Assembly: GCA_033977065.1 (NCBI GenBank) | Contig: JAXCHI010000002.1 | Span: forward strand, 192,001 to 256,000 | Direction: 5' to 3' | Origin: Candidatus Algichlamydia australiensis | Lineage (GTDB): Bacteria > Chlamydiota > Chlamydiia > Chlamydiales > JAJFMI01 | DNA length: 64,000 nucleotides | Part shown: positions 41,857-51,223 of the stretch, piece by piece | Position numbering within the stretch: the stretch's first letter is position 1 | How the letters are laid out: each line of letters starts with the position of its first letter | Notes under the pieces: model-generated | Seen by the model: only the letters and a program-made list of their open reading frames with translations | What the model was told of the DNA's origin: nothing | Databases searched by the model: none | Made by a program: the position numbers and the translations under genes

Positions 41857-42815
41857 AAGAATTTTTCTTTAGACCAGCACTGTTCATAGGAAAAATCAAA
41901 TTCGTCTGTGAAACCCAAACCATGTTTTTCCGATAATCTAAAACGCTTTCCTTGCCTAGCTTTTTCATCAATTTCATCCATCTCCTTTTCTGAAAGAAGA
42001 AAGTCAAAAATACTCCTATTTTCTTCGATATGAGATCTGTTTTGGCTACCAGGCAATGGGATGCATTTATGTTGAGTGATCCATCTAAGAGCGACTTGAA
42101 AAGTTGTTTTTTGATACTTATTACCTAGTTCTTTTAGAAACGGATCTTGAGAAATTCGTCCTTGGTCAAGGGGGCGCCAAGCTTGCGTAGTGATGGAATG
42201 TTTTGAGCAAAATTTAAGCAGATCAAAATCGCAAAAATTCGGGTGCATCTCAACTTGTACCCACGTAACAGGAATATTATACGTTAATGCTTTTTTTACA
42301 TGATTTACAGAAACATTGCTCAATCCAATATGTCGAATTTTACCCTCTTGGAGTAGGTTGTTCATTGCTTTTAAAGTGGCATCAATAGGGATTGTGCTAT
42401 TTGGCCAGTGTAAAAGATAAGCGTCAAGATAATCTGTTTTTAGAAGCCGAAGTGTCTTGTTTATGTCATCATGTAAGTCTTTGGGATGCTGTTTGTCGTG
42501 CCAAACTTTAGAGATAATGTAAAATTTTTTACGGTCCTTTCCCTGAAGGGCTTCTGCAATAGCGGGGAAATTTTCATAATAGGTTGCAGTGTCGATAATG
42601 CGGTAACCAGCTTCTATAGCGTACTGCACAGATTTTGTACAAACTTCACCTTGTAAAGGGTAGGTTCCAAATCCAATAGCAGGCAATTCTAAATGATTAA
42701 TTTTACAAATCCCTTTTTTGAGTTCAGTCTGAACTCGGCTAGTATCTAAATTCATAGTACAAACAAAAATTACTGGGAGCTGTCTGGTAGAAAGTCTCCC
42801 ATTTGCATTTCCCAT
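41853..42815 (-). CDS. Aldo/keto reductase
   Basis: GFGTY, IDTATYYEN, YLLHWP, IGLSN; true start may be downstream. Confidence 0.9.
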   Translation of the reverse strand: MGNANGRLSTRQLPVIFVCTMNLDTSRVQTELKKGICKINHLELPAIGFGTYPLQGEVCTKSVQYAIEAGYRIIDTATYYENFPAIAEALQGKDRKKFYIISKVWHDKQHPKDLHDDINKTLRLLKTDYLDAYLLHWPNSTIPIDATLKAMNNLLQEGKIRHIGLSNVSVNHVKKALTYNIPVTWVQVEMHPNFCDFDLLKFCSKHSITTQAWRPLDQGRISQDPFLKELGNKYQKTTFQVALRWITQHKCIPLPGSQNRSHIEENRSIFDFLLSEKEMDEIDEKARQGKRFRLSEKHGLGFTDEFDFSYEQCWSKEKFL

Positions 42816-42921
42816 ATCCTAGCACATAAGTTCTCTTTAATTAAGCGCCCTTTTCGGGAGACATCGAGTGATTTTTAATAGATAAAAAGCATAATGAAAT
42901 AAAAAAGCGAGGTATTTTTAT

Positions 42922-43092
42922 ATGCTGTAATGGGCATTAGTATTTTTTATTATAGCAATAATTGCAAGTGTATTTGGATTTACAGGAATCGCTGTAGGAG
43001 CTCAAACGATTGCGGTGTGGCTATTCTGGATTTTTGTAATTGTATTCTTTATCACACTAATTATGGGGCTTTTGGATAGAAGAAAAAGGTAG
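42922..43092 (+). pseudogene. DUF1328/UPF0391 (YtjA-like) small membrane protein with stop at codon 3
   Basis: GAGGT then ML*WALVFFIIAIIASVFGFTGIAVGAQTIAVWLFWIFVIVFFITLIMGLLDRRKR*. Confidence 0.75.
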
Positions 43093-43259
43093 TTAACTGA
43101 CAGCCTCTAAAGTTGCACGATGGAAAAAACAAAAGGCCTTTTCAGTTTCAAAACTCAAGTTACCACCCTCTTCCCAGTTGCGGAAAAAATGCGGAAAATC
43201 GTGAAAGAAAAAAGAAATGTCTATAAAATCTAGGGCTTATCCTTACGAGAGAAAAGCCT

Positions 43260-43891
43260 ATGGACAATCGTGATAATAACAGTTCACTTATTCTTTATCA
43301 AACAGAAGACGGGAAGACACAAATAGAAGTTCAGCTTCTTGACGACACTGTGTGGCTTACCCAAGCACAAATGGCTGAGTTGTTTAGTAAGGATAAAAGA
43401 ACGATTTCTGAGCATATTCAAAATATCTTCAAGGAAGGAGAATTATCTGTAGATTCAACTGTCCGGAATTTCCGGATAGTTCAAAAAGAAGGGGTTCGAG
43501 AGGTTGCTCGTCAAGTAGATCACTACAACCTTGATGCTATAATCTCAGTAGGCTATCGCGTTAAGTCTCACAGGGGTACCCAATTCCGTATTTGGGCAAC
43601 GGCTCGATTAAAAGAGTTTCTAATCAAGGGCTTTACCTTGGATGACGAGCGGCTAAAAAGGCTTGGTGGGGGGGAATTATTTTGAAGAACTCCCTTGTAC
43701 GCATTCGAGATATTCGATCCTCAGAAAAAGTATTTTGGAGAAAAGTCTTAGACATCTATGCGACAAGCATTGACTATGATCCTAACACTGAAACAGCTAA
43801 AGATTTTTTACTTGGGGAAACGATTGCACTGGAAGTTTTAGATACTCTATCAGATTGGATTTTGGAAACGACTACTCGTATTTCTTCTTAA
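43260..43891 (+). pseudogene. RhuM-family protein, frameshifted and truncated
   Basis: TVWLTQAQMAELF, YNLDAIISVGYRV, TQFRIWA; extra G in a G7 run; continues NYFEELLVRIRDIRSSEK then diverges. Confidence 0.85.
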
Positions 43892-44768
43892 GGAGGTCAT
43901 CAAGAAATTTCCGGTTAAATTGGTAGAGGCGCTTACTGGTCGTATTCCAGGTTCTCCGTTTGACTAAAAAACCGATGGTTGCAATGGCTTTATTGAAACG
44001 GAGAAAAGGGGTAAGAGGCTGATAATTAGGAATTTTTCTAACACTTGCGTAGCCCGACAAAAATTCGTCTTTATGTTCCTTTAAACAACTTCCATGCTCG
44101 ATAGTGCAAAAATCCTCTTCTGCAATACTTGCTTTGGCGCTAGCCCAATCGATTACTCCTCGTAGTTTCCCCTTATCAACGATTAGATTGCCAAGTCGAA
44201 AATCACGGTGAACAACACAAGGACCATCTGCTGATGAGAGAAGGTGTAGGTGAGAGTCGTAATAATTTTGAGAGGCTTTCAAAAGATCTGAGGGGAGGTG
44301 ATCTTTGCACTCCTCTAATCCTTCTTTAAACTTAAAAGTAAAAATTTCTCTAGGGTCCTTGCTAAGATGATCTTGGGTAGGATCACCATATCCTGGTAAG
44401 CGATTGAGATGGATAAGGGCTAAGTTTTGACCGAATTCATGCGCTAAGGATGGTGTTACTTCACTTGATTTTATAAGTGATCCTGGCAAGCATTCCATTA
44501 AGATGGCTCCATAAACTCCTTTTTCCGGAGGGACTGCATTTACAACACGGGGAACGGGCAGTTTGTTTGAAAGGAGCTTTAGAAAGTAGAGTTCTTTTGA
44601 GTAATAATCTTCTTTATCAGAAATTTTCAAAATGAGCTCTTCGCCATTTGGCTGTGTAACACGATAGGCTATGGCAACAATTGCATCTTCATGATTAATT
44701 TGAGAAAACGATGCTTTTTGAAGGCCAAGTTTTTTTTGATAATACGATATGTCGATAGACTTCATCAT
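43872..44768 (-). CDS. Aminoglycoside phosphotransferase / choline kinase family protein
   Basis: LPVPRV, LMECLPG, VHRDFRLGNL, IDW. Confidence 0.82.
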   Translation of the reverse strand: MMKSIDISYYQKKLGLQKASFSQINHEDAIVAIAYRVTQPNGEELILKISDKEDYYSKELYFLKLLSNKLPVPRVVNAVPPEKGVYGAILMECLPGSLIKSSEVTPSLAHEFGQNLALIHLNRLPGYGDPTQDHLSKDPREIFTFKFKEGLEECKDHLPSDLLKASQNYYDSHLHLLSSADGPCVVHRDFRLGNLIVDKGKLRGVIDWASAKASIAEEDFCTIEHGSCLKEHKDEFLSGYASVRKIPNYQPLTPFLRFNKAIATIGFLVKRRTWNTTSKRLYQFNRKFLDDLLKKKYE

Positions 44769-44832
44769 TAAAATTTGCCCTGTAAGAAATTAACACTCAA
44801 GTTGCTACCCCTACTCTTCCTCTAGAATGGAG

Positions 44833-44992
44833 CTGCCCTAGAAGTTAGGGGGCCGCACTGGAAAATTGGACAGGAAGTGGTGGAGTTTGGCTTTAACGGA
44901 CGCAGGACAGCTCTTAAGTAGAGCTGTTCAAGGAAGGCAAAGTCAAAGGTTGCCGCTTCTTGTTCCAATTTTTCCTGCGGGAACCTAACGTA
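44833..44992. repeat. Long imperfect palindrome on the tRNA(CAU) 3' end
   Basis: ctgcccta..gttagg..ccgca..aaaattgga..caggaag / cttcttg..tccaatttt..tgcgg..cctaac..tagggcag; central ACAGCTC-ttaagta-GAGCTGT. Confidence 0.8.
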
Positions 44993-45066
<74 letters not shown>

Positions 45067-45098
45067 ATGGAAGAGTAATGATAATAGGAAAGGGATTC

Positions 45099-46061
45099 CT
45101 AATCAAGTCTTGTGATTGTGATAACAAGGGCCTCTTTTGCTTGGTAGTAGGAGCAATGGGGAGAGGGAGTAATGGGTATGAGTTTTTCTTTGTAGTCGAG
45201 GTGAGGATTTTCAATAATTGTTTTTGTGAATTTGGGGTCTTCGTATTTCGAGGTGGGGTCTTCAAGAAAACAGGAGATTTTCGAGCCTTTGTGGGTGTGA
45301 TTATCGAGAACAATTTTGAGAAAGCTGAGGAAGCGGTCATGGCTATTGCGAAAGGGGCACGCCTCTGTACGGTTTTTTTCTTCAAACTCTTTGACGGCCT
45401 CTTGTGTGATCAATTCTTGTTTAAGGAGTCTGTCAAGGACTTGTGCTTGCTGATCGGAGGTAATTTGTCCGCGCTTGTGTAGGTCTGAAAAGAATTTAAG
45501 AAAGTGGTTGGGATTGATCAGTCGGCTTTTAGACATTTTTGTGAAGAAAAAGTCGAGGTCTTCATCAGAGTAGCGCTTCGATTGCATCTCAGAGAATTGT
45601 GCGTTCACAGATGAGAGAAGTTTTTTTCCTTTAGAAAGGATGGGGATAGCGCGCTTTTTTGCCTTTTGTTGCTCCTTCACCTCTTTTTCGCTCTCTAATG
45701 GATAGTCATCAAAAAAAATGACATCAAAAGTGCCAAGATTTTTTAGAGCATTTTGCCAAGTATCATGGATCAAGTTGACGTTAGCTCGATTTTCCGCCCA
45801 TTTTTTTGCATGAGCTACAACGGTAGGGTGATACTCAATAATTGTATGGGAATCAAGAGGATAACTTTGGAATTGGGCAGCGCTATAGCCGCAACCAAAA
45901 CCAATTTCAAGGACTTTTCCCGAAGGAGTAAGCGCATCGACACACGCTTTCATGTAGGGTTTTTCCCACTCCATCATGACTTGAAATTTTCCGTCCTTAA
46001 GTAGCAGTTCTTTACCATCAAGGTCTTTTGTGAACTCGAGTGTACAAGTATTTGATTCCAT
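45099..46061 (-). CDS. GAMT/RMT2-like SAM-dependent N-methyltransferase
   Basis: VMMEWEKPYM, VLEIGFGCG, HTIIEYHP, WQ, FDVIFFDDYPL. Confidence 0.75.
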   Translation of the reverse strand: MESNTCTLEFTKDLDGKELLLKDGKFQVMMEWEKPYMKACVDALTPSGKVLEIGFGCGYSAAQFQSYPLDSHTIIEYHPTVVAHAKKWAENRANVNLIHDTWQNALKNLGTFDVIFFDDYPLESEKEVKEQQKAKKRAIPILSKGKKLLSSVNAQFSEMQSKRYSDEDLDFFFTKMSKSRLINPNHFLKFFSDLHKRGQITSDQQAQVLDRLLKQELITQEAVKEFEEKNRTEACPFRNSHDRFLSFLKIVLDNHTHKGSKISCFLEDPTSKYEDPKFTKTIIENPHLDYKEKLIPITPSPHCSYYQAKEALVITITRLD

Positions 46062-46162
46062 GTACTTTACTATATTTGTTTTCTGAATTTAATTCTATAG
46101 AAAATCTTTTGCATAAAAAATAAATTAACAGTATATGAAAAACAGAGATATAATTTTATTAA

Positions 46163-47365
46163 ATGAGACGTTTTAGTTTTATATTATTACTAACCGCTGC
46201 TGTTTCTTTATCAGCATCGCTTCCTATCATCAACTTAAAAGAGGGTGAGGTGATCTCTCTTGTTAATGGGAGGAATGGCTCTTTTTCACGCACAGATAGT
46301 ATTCCCCAAGAGCACCTTGATGAGCAGAGTGACGCTTATCTAGAAGGATACATTCAAGCGATGATTGATGCGACCTACTACGAAATGCATGTACTTGTCT
46401 ACGTGAAAGATCGCAGTGTAATTCTCTATAATCTACCTGATAATATTATGTTAAAAAATAGTATTATGAGTTTTGTGGAAGAGATTCCTGAGGTGGAGTC
46501 TGTTGAGGCTGCTGAGGTCCTTCCAAAAGATGTAGCACTGGAGATTGAAGAGACGACTGTACGTCCTCAGCTGCACGGTGTCTGGTTCCCACAAAATACG
46601 GTTTTATTTCAGCCAATACTAGGAGATCCATGGGAGCCGATGTACTCTGTTTCCTATCGTTGGGGCGACTTACTAGGGGCAAAAGCAGTCGCTGTTTCCT
46701 ACGGTGATGATTTTCCCATCTTTCGCTGGTTCGATGTTTGGAAATGGCATGGCGATTTACAATTTGGGATTACTGCAGGTGTCTGGTCGGTTTTTAAAAT
46801 GAATGCACAAACAGGAGACGCATTTTCTGAGCTTGTCAATACCGATTACTTGATTGGTCCAACTCTCTCTTATGCTGTAGATAAATGGGCGTTTCGTTTT
46901 CGTCTCTATCATATTTCCTCCCATCTCGGCGATGAGTTTATGTTCAACCACCCCAATTTTGACCGCGTCAATCCCAGCATGGAAGCGATCGACTTTTTCT
47001 CTTCCTGCCAATTGACGGAGGCCGTCCGCTTTTACTTCGGTCCGGGTTGGGTTTTCCACAGCGATAACTCTTTCCCTATCGATCCTTTCTATGTAGAGTA
47101 CGGATCGGAGATACGCTTTTTTGGTCACAAATATTTTTACCACCAGCTCTACGGCAATATGCTCTTCTTCGTCAACTTTCGTAACTGGCAAGAGAACGAC
47201 TGGGAGTTCGATAGTACGGTCTTCTTCGGTTACGAATTCTCAAAAATGCAGGGTGTCGGCCGCAAAATCCGTATCGGTGCGCTCTACCATAATGGGTACT
47301 CTGAGGGGCAGTTTTTTAAACAGCGCACGGGCTACATAGCTTTGAAGCTCTCCTGGGGCTTCTAA
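46163..47365 (+). CDS. DUF1207 domain protein (CT389-like)
   Basis: YLEGYIQA, WFPQNTVLFQP, RLYHISSHLGDEF, GYSEGQF, terminal F. Confidence 0.8.
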   Translation: MRRFSFILLLTAAVSLSASLPIINLKEGEVISLVNGRNGSFSRTDSIPQEHLDEQSDAYLEGYIQAMIDATYYEMHVLVYVKDRSVILYNLPDNIMLKNSIMSFVEEIPEVESVEAAEVLPKDVALEIEETTVRPQLHGVWFPQNTVLFQPILGDPWEPMYSVSYRWGDLLGAKAVAVSYGDDFPIFRWFDVWKWHGDLQFGITAGVWSVFKMNAQTGDAFSELVNTDYLIGPTLSYAVDKWAFRFRLYHISSHLGDEFMFNHPNFDRVNPSMEAIDFFSSCQLTEAVRFYFGPGWVFHSDNSFPIDPFYVEYGSEIRFFGHKYFYHQLYGNMLFFVNFRNWQENDWEFDSTVFFGYEFSKMQGVGRKIRIGALYHNGYSEGQFFKQRTGYIALKLSWGF

Positions 47366-47380
47366 TTATTTGAGCTCCGC

Positions 47381-47492
47381 CTCGCTTCGCCAAATGCGAA
47401 AAGAGCCTCTGTGCCGTGTTATTCACACTGTCACAGAGGCTCTTTTCGCATTTGGCTTTGCGACGAAACCTGGTTTTCTGCGGAAAACCAGG
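47381..47492. repeat. Family C palindrome plus second hairpin between convergent genes
   Basis: 25-bp perfect stem 47389-47413 / 47432-47456; CCTGGTTTTC-tgcg-GAAAACCAGG. Confidence 0.8.
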
Positions 47493-47706
47493 CGAAGCTC
47501 TCGGCTACTGTACTAGCGCATTTTGTATAGAATCCCTCAAATCCAGAAATCCGGGAAACTACTCTTTTCGCTGTTACGGATTACTGTGCGAAACTTTCGA
47601 CTACGGCACCAGTTTGTTTTTTTTAAACCTGAGATGGTATCTTCAAATTGGCTGTTTTTTTTAATTAACTATTAAAAATTAATGTTACAGATTGCTGCTC
47701 TTTAAT

Positions 47707-49821
47707 TTAAAGGTTTTTGGCAATGGCAAAGCCGTGCGGATAGCTCGGACCTTCTGGGCCAATTGGCAGCTGTCCCGAGAAATACTTTTGGTAGACGTGC
47801 AGGCCTTCTATGGCATTTTCTATGCAGTAAAAACAGTTTGAGATCCACTCCGATCCTTTAATCGTTCCGCTCGTAAGATTTTGATTGAAGCGCGAGGTAA
47901 TTTTATTTTTCCAGTAGTTGGGCTCTCCAAAGAGAAGGATAGGGGTGGGATCACAGACGCCTGTCTTGCGGCGCGCTTCTTCTAGGGCGAGTTCAAAGTC
48001 AGAGCCGATGCCTCCTTCAAGAATAATGGGCAGGTCGAGATGGAATTCTGCTTGTCTTTCAACAAGGCGATCGAGGCGGTAGGTCATTTTTGCTTCAATG
48101 TACGGGTTTTGCTCTTGTTCAGCGAGGCCGGCTGGTGTTCCTTTTGAAAAATCTACGATGTTTGCACAAGAGAGGATCCCTGCTTGTTTTGCGACGCGGT
48201 TTCCTATTTTCATAGCACCAGGGCCGCCTCCTGTAACAAGAGCAAGGGGAGTTTTAGGGTTGAGAAGGGGGTGAGTAAACTCTTTTCTCATCGCTTTTAG
48301 CCCTTTGAGGAGTGTATAGAGTTCAGTAGAAAATTCTTCATCCGCAAAGATGGAGCCGTAGATGCCAACGAGGGTAGCATTGACAAAGTAGGGAATACGG
48401 TTTAGCGGGACAAATAGCCCAGAGTCTTTTCCCGGTTTTGGCGTATATTGCAGGATTTTTTTTGCGCTCTTATCGATCCAATAGACAGGGATACCAAACT
48501 TAGAGAGGTCGAAGAGAAAGGCGCGGTCTTCATGAGAAAAGAACTCTCCGTTGGTAAGGGAGGGGATTTCAAAGTAGAGACCTTTGAGCATACGCTGCAC
48601 TTTTTCGCTCAAGAACATGCGTTTCATCACAGGCGAGGGAAAATGGCGCGTAAGAAGGATGCCTTCTGAGGTAATCAAGCCGTTTTGAATCGCTTTGAGG
48701 AAGGGGTAGGAGGGCTGTTGTTGTATGTAACGGTCTACAAGCTCACGCTGGAGGTGAAGATCAGAGAGTCCAGGAAAATCTTTTCGTTCAGCATCAATAG
48801 AGATCCATGATGTCGCGTCTAAATTTTTGAGTTGCTCGTTTTTTACAACAAAAGTGGCAGCGCGATGGTGAGAGGGTTTTGGAGAGGTGCTAATGGCTGT
48901 AAAGAGGTGCTCTTGATTTTCGATCGCCTCTTGCAGTTGATCGCGATCAGAGAAAAAAACGTGCTCTTTGTAGGGTTCGAGAGTGTAAAACTCTAGAGGG
49001 ATTGAGGTGAGTTCTTCGCTGCTTTCACCAGAAAATTCGTAGATATCTCCAGACGCTTCAGTATTGGGTTGTAAGATAGAACTTGAGAGATGAGAAAAAC
49101 CCTTAGGGAGGTTGTCGGAGACTCGCGCAAAAACGGTTCGGATGTGGAGGGGTTCTGTGCGGACAATCAAGCAGCGATTTTTTTCAACGCTGCGTTTTTG
49201 ATTCGGTGTTTGGACTTGGTGAAAGCGGAGAAGTTCTCTGAGAGAGAGTTGCGGGTTTTTTAGGGCTTTAGCAACTGTTGGTAAAAGGCCAAAGATTTCC
49301 TCTTTGTAAGTATAGGAGTGAGGGAGGAGGGGGAGATGAGCAATGATACGGGTACTCTCTTTTTCAAATTGCAAATTTTCTGGATGGCCAAATGCTAAAA
49401 GCGGATCTCCTTTCTCATCGGATCGTCCAAACATTCGTGTTAAGTAGTCAGGGTTTTTTACGATGCGACGCTCATCTTTTGCAAACAGTTTCCCGATAAA
49501 GCTGCCTTTTTCAATAAGCTCGAGAAAGGATTTGCCAAGAGGATCGATGGCAACCAATTGTACGCTACAATGGGCTCTACGCCTATTTTCATCGAGTTCA
49601 AAGTCTTGCAAAAAAGCGTCTATGCCAAGTTGTCCAAGAGTGCTCTTGAGATTGAAAATGATATCTTGCTTATCGAGAGAGAATCCCACAAAAAAAGAGG
49701 GGATATTTTCAATAAGGATTTCGCAGTTGCGAAAAGTTTGTTCTATTGGGGAAATTTTTGTTATTTTCCCATCCGGTGTTGTGAGATCAAAAGCTTTTAA
49801 ATGAAGTTTTTCTAATAGCAT
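47707..49821 (-). CDS. Conserved chlamydial protein with LOG-like C-terminal domain (CT387-like)
   Basis: VTGGGPGAM, LVERQAEF, GGIGSDFE; position next to MYG1. Confidence 0.75.
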   Translation of the reverse strand: MLLEKLHLKAFDLTTPDGKITKISPIEQTFRNCEILIENIPSFFVGFSLDKQDIIFNLKSTLGQLGIDAFLQDFELDENRRRAHCSVQLVAIDPLGKSFLELIEKGSFIGKLFAKDERRIVKNPDYLTRMFGRSDEKGDPLLAFGHPENLQFEKESTRIIAHLPLLPHSYTYKEEIFGLLPTVAKALKNPQLSLRELLRFHQVQTPNQKRSVEKNRCLIVRTEPLHIRTVFARVSDNLPKGFSHLSSSILQPNTEASGDIYEFSGESSEELTSIPLEFYTLEPYKEHVFFSDRDQLQEAIENQEHLFTAISTSPKPSHHRAATFVVKNEQLKNLDATSWISIDAERKDFPGLSDLHLQRELVDRYIQQQPSYPFLKAIQNGLITSEGILLTRHFPSPVMKRMFLSEKVQRMLKGLYFEIPSLTNGEFFSHEDRAFLFDLSKFGIPVYWIDKSAKKILQYTPKPGKDSGLFVPLNRIPYFVNATLVGIYGSIFADEEFSTELYTLLKGLKAMRKEFTHPLLNPKTPLALVTGGGPGAMKIGNRVAKQAGILSCANIVDFSKGTPAGLAEQEQNPYIEAKMTYRLDRLVERQAEFHLDLPIILEGGIGSDFELALEEARRKTGVCDPTPILLFGEPNYWKNKITSRFNQNLTSGTIKGSEWISNCFYCIENAIEGLHVYQKYFSGQLPIGPEGPSYPHGFAIAKNL

Positions 49822-50021
49822 TTTAAATTGTGGAAAATTTGTTTAAGAGTATTGATAAAGAGGGGGTTCCGGCCTTATTTAAAGAAAATGTAAAGATTTG
49901 TAAAATGCTGTAAGTCAACGTCTTATGATCTTGGTTTTTCTTTGTCACCAAACTAGGTAATCCTTTGTTCATATCTTCCCTACTTGTTACATAACGAATT
50001 CTCTGATAAAATTCCTCAACT

Positions 50022-50891
50022 ATGGCGAAAAGAAGTTGCGCCGTCCATGACGGCACCTTTCATGCGGACGAAGTAACAGCTTGTGCTTTGCTCGTTATTT
50101 TCGATCAAATCGATCGAAACTCTATCTATCGGACACGCGATCCAAAAATTTTAAGTAGCTGCGAATACGTTTGCGATGTAGGAGGAGTCTATGATTCTAC
50201 AAAGCGGCGCTTTGACCATCATCAGGTTGAGTATTCTGGCCCTTTGAGTAGCGCGGGAATGGTTTTACTCCATCTGCTCAATCAAAAAATCATCACGCAA
50301 AAGCTTTATGATTATCTCAATCGCTCCTTGATTATGGGAATTGATGCGCTTGATAACGGTCTTGTGACGCCTCAAGTAGGACACTGCTCTTTCTCAGCTG
50401 TCATTTCAAACTTTGTGCCTGTTCATCACGACGTCGATGTAAAAACAATGGAGAAGGCGTTTTTTCAAGCGATGGATTTTGTCCACAGTCACTTGCAGAG
50501 GTTGCTCGAGCGCTTCGAATATATTTTTTCTTGTAAAGGAGAAGTAGAAAAGGCGATGCAGGAGGGGAGAGACTGCCTCTTTTTTGAGAAATCGATTCCG
50601 TGGATGGACGCTTTTTTTGAGCTTGGTGGAGAGGATCATCCTGCTCTATTTGTTGTTATGCCAACAGGCGATCACTGGAAGCTGCGCGGCATTCCTCCCT
50701 CGATGCGAAAAAGGATGCAAGTGCGCCAACCTCTGCCAAAAAGATGGGCAGGACTATTAGAGAATGAATTAAAAAAAGTCTCTGGTATACCTGGGGCCAT
50801 CTTTTGTCATAAGGGCCGCTTTATCTCAGTGTGGGAGACAAAAGAAGATGTGATGAAAGCGTTGGAGTATGTATTAAAAAAAGGGAAATGA
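50022..50891 (+). CDS. MYG1 family protein
   Basis: HDGTFHADE, CDVGG.YD...RFDHHQ, LSSAG, FCHKGRFI. Confidence 0.92.
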   Translation: MAKRSCAVHDGTFHADEVTACALLVIFDQIDRNSIYRTRDPKILSSCEYVCDVGGVYDSTKRRFDHHQVEYSGPLSSAGMVLLHLLNQKIITQKLYDYLNRSLIMGIDALDNGLVTPQVGHCSFSAVISNFVPVHHDVDVKTMEKAFFQAMDFVHSHLQRLLERFEYIFSCKGEVEKAMQEGRDCLFFEKSIPWMDAFFELGGEDHPALFVVMPTGDHWKLRGIPPSMRKRMQVRQPLPKRWAGLLENELKKVSGIPGAIFCHKGRFISVWETKEDVMKALEYVLKKGK

Positions 50892-51223
50892 GTACAATTT
50901 TTGGAAAAATTATTGCAGGAGAGTTGCCTGCAGAAAAAGTTTTTGAAAACGAGCGTTTCATCGCAATTAAAGATATTGCACCAAAGGCGCCTGTTCATCT
51001 CCTTATTATCCCGAAAAAAGAGGTAGCAAATTTTCAAGAGATTGAGAAAACAGATCTCCAATTTCTCTCTGAAGCGGCAGAGATTGCGCAGAAATTGGCG
51101 GAGGAATTTGGGGTAGAGAAGGGATACCGCTTTTTAACAAATATAGGCTCAGATGCAGGCCAGACAGTCTTTCATCTCCATTTTCACCTCATTGGAGGAA
51201 AGACTTTAGGAGATATCGCCTAA
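50888..51223 (+). CDS. HIT family nucleotide hydrolase
   Basis: TIFGKII, DIAPKAPVHLLIIPK, GQTVFHLHFHLIGG. Confidence 0.93.
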   Translation: MSTIFGKIIAGELPAEKVFENERFIAIKDIAPKAPVHLLIIPKKEVANFQEIEKTDLQFLSEAAEIAQKLAEEFGVEKGYRFLTNIGSDAGQTVFHLHFHLIGGKTLGDIA

